A stretch of DNA of 32,000 nt from Wolbachia endosymbiont of Cimex lectularius (lineage in GTDB: Bacteria; Pseudomonadota; Alphaproteobacteria; Rickettsiales; Anaplasmataceae): NCBI RefSeq assembly GCF_000829315.1, contig NZ_AP013028.1, forward strand, positions 30,001 to 62,000. The letters are read 5' to 3'. The notes beneath the pieces were generated by a model. That model had not been told where the DNA came from. It ran no database searches and saw only the letters and a list, made by a program, of their open reading frames with translations. The position numbers were made by a program, and so were the translations under genes. The stretch's first letter is position 1. Each line of letters begins with the position of its first letter. Positions 26,725 through 32,000 of the stretch are shown here, one piece after another.

Positions 26725-28218
26725 TTAATACGCTCTTATTCTGTAATTTAGAGCTTCAGCAATGTGTGCTCTTTTTACCTCTTCACTTTTTGCAAGATCT
26801 GCAATGGTTCTTGCAACTTTTAATACGCGTGTGTAGCCTCGGTTGGAAATGTAGTTTTCTTTTAGTACGTGTTTTAATAGCTCTAACCCTGCTCGGTCTG
26901 GCTTAGTGAATTTATTCAAAGCTTCACCACTTACTTCTGAGTTGCAGCTAATACTTAATTTGCTGTAGCGCTCAGCCTGAATTCTCCTTGCTGCTATTAC
27001 TCTTTCTCTTATTCTGTCAGTACTCTCTCCCTCTGAATAAATTTCAGGAGAAAGTATGCTGACGTTTGGCATTTCGATGCATATATCTATTCTATCAAGC
27101 AATGGTCCTGATATTTTATTCCTATAATCTGTGCTACATCGTGGAGCTTTGTTGCATGACCTACTCGCATTTCCCAAGTAACCACACCTGCAGGGATTCA
27201 TCGCAGCAATTAGTTGAAAATGCGCTGGGTAAGTAATGTGAGCATTAACCCTTGCAATAGTAACTTTTCTATCTTCAAGTGGTTGGCGTAGGGAATCAAG
27301 CACGAGTCTTGGAAACTCTGGCAATTCGTCAAGGAACAATACTCCATTATGAGCCATAGTGATTTCCCCAGGTTTTGCATTTTTTCCTCCTCCTATCATC
27401 GCTGGCATGGAGCATGAATGATGAGGTTCGCGAAAGGGACGAGTTACTTTGAATATCTCATTGTCAGCCTGTGTTATACTGGAAATGATATTCACATCAA
27501 TCATTTCACGCTCAGTTAAATCAGGCAGCAGCCCTATAAATCGTTTGGCAAGCATCGACTTTCCAGTACCGGGAAGTCCAACAAGAAGCATGTTGTGTCC
27601 GCCTGCCGCCGCAATTTCAGCCGCTCTTTTTGCTACAACTTGACCTTTGATATCCTTCATATTTGGTACTGATCTTTTTTCTTTCGGTTTATTAAAAATT
27701 ACCGACTCAATCGACTTCTCACCTTTGAAATATCTAATAATATCGGTCAATTTCTCTATAGCCAAAACTGAGACATTCTTTACCCATGAAGCCTCTACTC
27801 CATTTCCCCTTGGACAAATTATTCCTTTGTTTTTCTGTTTTGCATTGATTACCGCTGGCAAAACCCCTGAAACTGAAATAACCCTGCTGTCAAGGGCAAG
27901 TTCACCCATAATGATGTAAAACTGAACTTTTTCGACTGGTATAACGTTCATCACAACAAGCAGTCCAATAGCCAAATCATAGTGGCTGCCTTCTTTCAGC
28001 AAATCTGCAGGGGAAAGATTAATTGTGATTCTTTTAGGAGGGAGCAGTAGATTAGTTGAATTTAGTGCTGCTCTAATACGTTCTCTGGATTCTGCAACAG
28101 TTTTATCCGGCAATCCAACGATATTAAAGGCAGGAACACCATTTGCCATGTGAATTTGGACATTAACATTTACTATATTAATTCCCTGAAGCACAACGGT
28201 ATTTATATTTGCAATCAT
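26725..28218 (-). CDS. comM: YifB/ComM family ATPase (Mg-chelatase ChlI-like)
   Basis: 497 aa. Lon-like N-domain, Walker A GLPGTGKSMLA and Walker B VLFLDELPEF. Confidence 0.88.
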   Translation of the reverse strand: MIANINTVVLQGINIVNVNVQIHMANGVPAFNIVGLPDKTVAESRERIRAALNSTNLLLPPKRITINLSPADLLKEGSHYDLAIGLLVVMNVIPVEKVQFYIIMGELALDSRVISVSGVLPAVINAKQKNKGIICPRGNGVEASWVKNVSVLAIEKLTDIIRYFKGEKSIESVIFNKPKEKRSVPNMKDIKGQVVAKRAAEIAAAGGHNMLLVGLPGTGKSMLAKRFIGLLPDLTEREMIDVNIISSITQADNEIFKVTRPFREPHHSCSMPAMIGGGKNAKPGEITMAHNGVLFLDELPEFPRLVLDSLRQPLEDRKVTIARVNAHITYPAHFQLIAAMNPCRCGYLGNASRSCNKAPRCSTDYRNKISGPLLDRIDICIEMPNVSILSPEIYSEGESTDRIRERVIAARRIQAERYSKLSISCNSEVSGEALNKFTKPDRAGLELLKHVLKENYISNRGYTRVLKVARTIADLAKSEEVKRAHIAEALNYRIRAY

Positions 28219-28299
28219 AATATACTTTCTAAAATTATTAATAGAATGTATTAAAGAGATTATGAAGTAAAGGCTTTGAACTCCTTGATTTAAGCTGTC

Positions 28300-28809
28300 A
28301 CTAGACTTTTTGCATAGTTTTTAGCAGCGTATGTCACCCAATAGAAACGAAAAAAACTACTTGACAAATTCCTTCAACCCCCTTATAATGAGACTGAAGC
28401 TATTATTTATCTTCAGTCTGTACAGATAAAACGACAAAAAACTCAATGTACTTGGCGTCTCATGTTTAATTTTTTGCACTATGTGCACCTCATGTCTTTA
28501 TAAACTTTCAAGGGTTTTACCTAATATAAGCTAAAATGCGCTTGTTAAAGCATTTAAGACAATAAAAAACGCCAATTTAAAAGATAGATAGTGAATAACT
28601 AGCTAACGGGGTTTCTTTTGCCTTTTGTCTGTTTAGTAAATTTCTTAACGTTTAAAATTAGGTCAATTGCGGTTTAAAAGCAGCCAGATTAGACGTTTAG
28701 AATAAAAAAACGCCAATTTATAAAGTTAACATAAATAATTAGCTACTAACGGGGCTTCTTTTGCTTTTTTTCTTTACTCGGTAAATTTCTTAAATATTAT
28801 GGCTAAAGC
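28300..28809 (+). repeat. promoter-bearing intergenic element, copy C
   Basis: Same architecture as the other copies. The 9-bp inverted repeat AGACTGAAG-N11-CTTCAGTCT is at 28391-28419, and the modules are at about 28527-28648 and 28665-28793. It has about 55 extra bp relative to A and B after the inverted repeat. Confidence 0.8.
28361..28389 (+). promoter_or_regulatory. sigma70-type promoter of element copy C (perfect consensus)
   Basis: TTGACA (28361-28366), 17 nt, TATAAT (28384-28389), with the A-tract gaaaaaaact upstream. Confidence 0.65.
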
Positions 28810-28835
28810 AATTCATGAACCAGGCAGAAAGGTGT

Positions 28836-28860
28836 CATTCCAGCGCATGACGCTGGATGG
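28836..28860. repeat. short palindromic unit (tccagcg-catga-cgctgga)
   Basis: A 7-bp perfect stem at 28839-28857 at the 3' flank of element copy C. It occupies the same relative position as the unit after copy A. Confidence 0.5.
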
Positions 28861-28992
28861 CTTTGTTGTAAACTGACTTTTACTATATGATTACCTTTTT
28901 ATGGCATCTTGTCTATCTCATTTTACCATTCCGCTGAACAGATATAAAATATTTAATAAACTCTTTTTTTTCAACAAAAACACATAATGGAC

Positions 28993-31554
28993 TTAAACCT
29001 TTTTAACTAAGATTTTGTTACCAGAAGCGTACACTATTAGCTCATCACCTTCTGTTACTTCCCCCGATAAAACTAACTTAGCTAGATTATTTTGAATACA
29101 CTCCTGTATTACTCTTTTTAGCGGTCTTGCTCCATACTCAGGATCATAGCCAGCTTGCGCTATTAGTTTCTTAGCTTCCTCTGACAGATTTATACTTAGT
29201 TTGCGCTTAGCAAGTGTTTTTTGTAAATAAGAAAACTGGACATCTATAATTTTATAAATGTCGTCCTTGGTTAAACTGTGGAATATAATAATCTCATCTA
29301 GTCTGTTTAGAAATTCCGGACGAAATGCAGATTTAACTATTTGCATCACTTCGCTTTTTACAGAGTCAGTAGCTCCCTTTAGCATTATCTCAGCACCAAG
29401 ATTAGAAGTTAAAATTAATATGGTATTGCGGAAATCAATTAATTTGCCGTAGCTATCGGTAAGTCTGCCTTCATCCAAAATCTGCAGTAATAGATTGAAT
29501 ATATCTGGATTTGCTTTTTCTATCTCATCAAACAAAATTACCTGATATGGTCTCCTTCTTACTGCCTCAGTCAACCTGCCGCCTTGTTCATAGCCAACAT
29601 ATCCAGGAGGTGCGCCAATTAGCTTTGAAACGGAGTGTTTTTCCATATACTCTGACATGTCAAAACGCAAAAGTGCTGATTGGTCATCAAACAAAAATTC
29701 GGCAAGGGCTTTCGCAAGTTCCGTTTTTCCAACTCCGGTTGGGCCCAAGAATAAAAATGAACCAAAAGGCCGATTAGTGTCTTGCACACCAGAACGAGAG
29801 CGCCTAACTGCATTACTTATTGCTTCTATTGCATCCTTTTGTCCTATCACTCTTTTTCCTATTTCATTCTCCATGTTAAGGAGCTTTTCTTTTTCACTGT
29901 GCATCATGTTATCAACTGGAATTCCTGTCCACTTTGAAACAATATTTGCAATGTCATTCTCAGTAACTTCTTTCTTTAGGAAGCTATCAGTGACTTTCTC
30001 CTGATTTTTTAATTCATTTTCAAGCTGAGGAATTACACCATACATTAGCTCTCCTGCCTTTTCTAAATTTCCACTGCGCTGAGCTAATTCTAGTTCTTTT
30101 CTAGCGTTATCTAATTTTTCTGCTGTTTCTTGAATTCTAGCTATTTTATTCTTTTCCATCTGCCATTTACTATTTAAGTCAGCAAACTTACTATTTAGGT
30201 TTTCGATTTCTTCGTTTATCCTCTTTAAACGCTGCTTGGAGTTTTCATCATGTTCTTTTTTTAGAGCCTCTGACTCAATTTTTAGCTGTACGATCTTCCT
30301 CTCAAGTTCATCAATAACCTCAGGTTTACTATCCATTTCAATTCTCACCCTACTTGCCGCTTCATCAATTAAATCAATCGCTTTATCAGGTAAAAACCTG
30401 TCTGTTATGTATCTATTGGATAATGTTGCAGCAGCAATTATTGTACCATCTGTAATCCTAATACCGTGGTGCACTTCGTACCTCTCCTTTAGACCCCTCA
30501 GTATTGAAATAGTATCAGTTTCAGTTGGTTGAGAAATAAACACAGGCTGGAAACGCCTTGCAAGTGCAGGATCTTTTTCTATATGTTCGCGATATTCATC
30601 CAAAGTTGTGGCTCCTATACAGCGAATTTCTCCACGTGCAAGAGCAGGCTTTAGCAAATTTGAAGCATCCATTGCACCACTTGTTGCTCCTGCTCCAACT
30701 AAAGTGTGTAATTCATCGATGAATAATATAATTTTTCCCTCTGCTTTTGAAATCTCATTAATAACCGCCTTTAGCCTTTCTTCAAACTCCCCCCTGAATT
30801 TTGTTCCGGCAATCAACGCACCAAGATCTAGGGCTAAAACTTTTGCATCACGCAAACCAAGCGGCACATCGTTTGCAACAATTCTATTTGCAAGCCCCTC
30901 AACTATCGCAGTCTTTCCAACACCCGGTTCACCTATCAGCACGGGATTATTCTTTGTTCGCCTTAGTGACACCTGCATAGTTCTTCTTATCTCCTCATCA
31001 CGACCAATTACAGGATCAAGCTTTCCTTGCATAGCAAGCTCTGTAATATCTTTTGTATATTTCTTTGCTGCATTTAGTTTTTCCTCGCTATTTGGCGAGT
31101 CTGCATTGTTGCCCTTTCTCATTTCTGCAATGACTGAGTTCAACTTTTGTGGAGTTACACCATTTTCCATTAAAATTCTACCCACAGTATCATCTTTTTG
31201 TGCAGCAAAACCCTGTAGTAAACGCTCAACGGTAACAAATGAATCTTTATTTCTCCTTGCAATACCAATTGAATCTTCAAAAACTTTTGCCACTTCTCTT
31301 GAAAGTTGGAGGCTACTACTTCCCGGACCTTCAACTACTGGAAACTTTCTAATTGCGCTATCCACAGCATCGGAAATATTTTGCACATTTCCACCACAAG
31401 CGCCTATTAAATCCTGGACTAAACCCGATTCATCTTCGAGCATCACCTTTAGTAAATGCTCAGGCATAAAAACCTGATGCCCAGCTCCCAATGCTTTCAT
31501 TTGGGCACTTTGAATTAGGCTTTTTGCTTTTTCGGTAAATTTATTTAAGTCCAT
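28993..31554 (-). CDS. clpB: ATP-dependent chaperone/disaggregase ClpB
   Basis: 853 aa. Two AAA+ modules ([18 protein letters not shown]) separated by a long coiled-coil middle domain, with a Clp N-domain. Confidence 0.97.
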   Translation of the reverse strand: MDLNKFTEKAKSLIQSAQMKALGAGHQVFMPEHLLKVMLEDESGLVQDLIGACGGNVQNISDAVDSAIRKFPVVEGPGSSSLQLSREVAKVFEDSIGIARRNKDSFVTVERLLQGFAAQKDDTVGRILMENGVTPQKLNSVIAEMRKGNNADSPNSEEKLNAAKKYTKDITELAMQGKLDPVIGRDEEIRRTMQVSLRRTKNNPVLIGEPGVGKTAIVEGLANRIVANDVPLGLRDAKVLALDLGALIAGTKFRGEFEERLKAVINEISKAEGKIILFIDELHTLVGAGATSGAMDASNLLKPALARGEIRCIGATTLDEYREHIEKDPALARRFQPVFISQPTETDTISILRGLKERYEVHHGIRITDGTIIAAATLSNRYITDRFLPDKAIDLIDEAASRVRIEMDSKPEVIDELERKIVQLKIESEALKKEHDENSKQRLKRINEEIENLNSKFADLNSKWQMEKNKIARIQETAEKLDNARKELELAQRSGNLEKAGELMYGVIPQLENELKNQEKVTDSFLKKEVTENDIANIVSKWTGIPVDNMMHSEKEKLLNMENEIGKRVIGQKDAIEAISNAVRRSRSGVQDTNRPFGSFLFLGPTGVGKTELAKALAEFLFDDQSALLRFDMSEYMEKHSVSKLIGAPPGYVGYEQGGRLTEAVRRRPYQVILFDEIEKANPDIFNLLLQILDEGRLTDSYGKLIDFRNTILILTSNLGAEIMLKGATDSVKSEVMQIVKSAFRPEFLNRLDEIIIFHSLTKDDIYKIIDVQFSYLQKTLAKRKLSINLSEEAKKLIAQAGYDPEYGARPLKRVIQECIQNNLAKLVLSGEVTEGDELIVYASGNKILVKKV

Positions 31555-31581
31555 AATATAAGTTTAACTCGTATTTGTCGG

Positions 31582-31611
31582 TATATATAGCAACTGCTTT
31601 TCTAATTTCAA
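31582..31611 (-). promoter_or_regulatory. candidate sigma32 (RpoH) heat-shock promoter of clpB
   Basis: The minus strand reads CTTGAAA (31611-31605), 15 nt, CTATATAT (31589-31582), ending about 28 nt upstream of the clpB ATG. The -35 matches the E. coli sigma32 consensus CTTGAAA exactly. The -10 is an AT-rich variant of CCCCATnT. Confidence 0.4.
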
Positions 31612-31710
31612 GCTAGGAGCTGTTCATTGCCAGGCAAAAATTCATGTTGCAGAGGTGGTGGTATAAATAATTCTGGAGGTTATGCCCATTAATCGCTAAT
31701 TTCGCTATTG

Positions 31711-32000
31711 GACTTCTCACATAGTTTTTGGCAGCATGCTAGGTGTATAGAAACAAAAAAAACTGCTTGACAACCTTCACCGACTTCATTATCATAGTAG
31801 TAAGGGTATTTCTGACTCAAAACTTGTTTTTGATCTGTAGGCTCAATGACAAAATTCAGTAAAAAACTCAGGGTATTTTTTGGCGGATTGTATCAAATTA
31901 TAGCGGCTGCATGTCTTTTTCATTTTTTCTACATTCAGCCAAATCGCGCTTGAACTAAGCGTCAGTAAATTATTATAGCGCCAATTTAAAGTATTATAGA
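31711..32000 (+). repeat. promoter-bearing intergenic element, copy D (runs off the window)
   Basis: The leader gacttctcacatagttttt, the A-tract and the promoter are conserved. The transcribed 5' part has diverged. It rejoins the family at gcatgtcttttt and gcgccaatttaaa, the start of module 1, at the window edge. Confidence 0.7.
31767..31795 (+). promoter_or_regulatory. sigma70-type promoter of element copy D
   Basis: TTGACA (31767-31772), 17 nt, TATCAT (31790-31795), with the A-tract caaaaaaaact upstream. Confidence 0.55.

Noticed and set aside
3191-27919. Remaining short overlapping ORFs in the track: 3191-3391, 3904-4137, 4875-5135, 6401-6583, 7807-8043, 12416-12622, 13239-13517, 13911-14168, 14199-14384, 14922-15210, 16634-16819, 17697-17927, 20922-21107, 21702-22072, 22126-22317, 22865-23074, 23355-23570, 24139-24396, 25161-25346, 27449-27919
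   Set aside because: Each is nested in or antisense to a gene with clear family motifs. None has an RBS or a recognisable domain.
30608-31477. 289-aa + strand ORF antisense to clpB, plus the other antisense ORFs inside clpB (29258-30532)
   Set aside because: It is Ser/Phe/Ala/Pro-rich and lies opposite a long, well-supported ClpB frame. This is the usual mirror ORF of a Lys/Glu-rich gene, with no RBS or motif.

Overview
This AT-rich 32-kb window looks like a Wolbachia (Anaplasmataceae) chromosome segment. It opens inside wsp on the minus strand (N-terminus MHYKKFFSATALVTLLSLSNAAFSDPVGP...). The rest is about 30 mostly housekeeping genes: ybaB-dnaX with an SRP RNA just upstream, a GST, an O-methyltransferase, a CYHC DsbA, an SRPBCC protein, an mlaC-like gene, a frameshifted folC, lysC, perM, hda, xerD, plsC, rpsT, gltA, RNase P RNA, ctrA, gpsA, pgpA, a GNAT, sdhB, ybeY, an EVE-domain gene, ftsZ, comM/yifB and clpB. 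I found no tRNA, rRNA, CRISPR array or recognisable defence, toxin or secretion gene cluster. Two things are not housekeeping. First, an IS5-family element is inserted into a second copy of itself, and that pair is inserted into a PAS-domain gene; all junctions and target duplications can be read. Second, four same-strand copies of a 300-500 bp non-coding intergenic element occur at about 9.3, 15.6, 28.3 and 31.7 kb. Each carries a near-consensus sigma70 promoter (TTGACA, exactly 17 nt, TATNAT) followed by tandem structured modules. This repeat family is the most unusual signal here and I cannot assign it to a named family from memory. Everything is read by eye from the sequence and ORF track, with no searches run.
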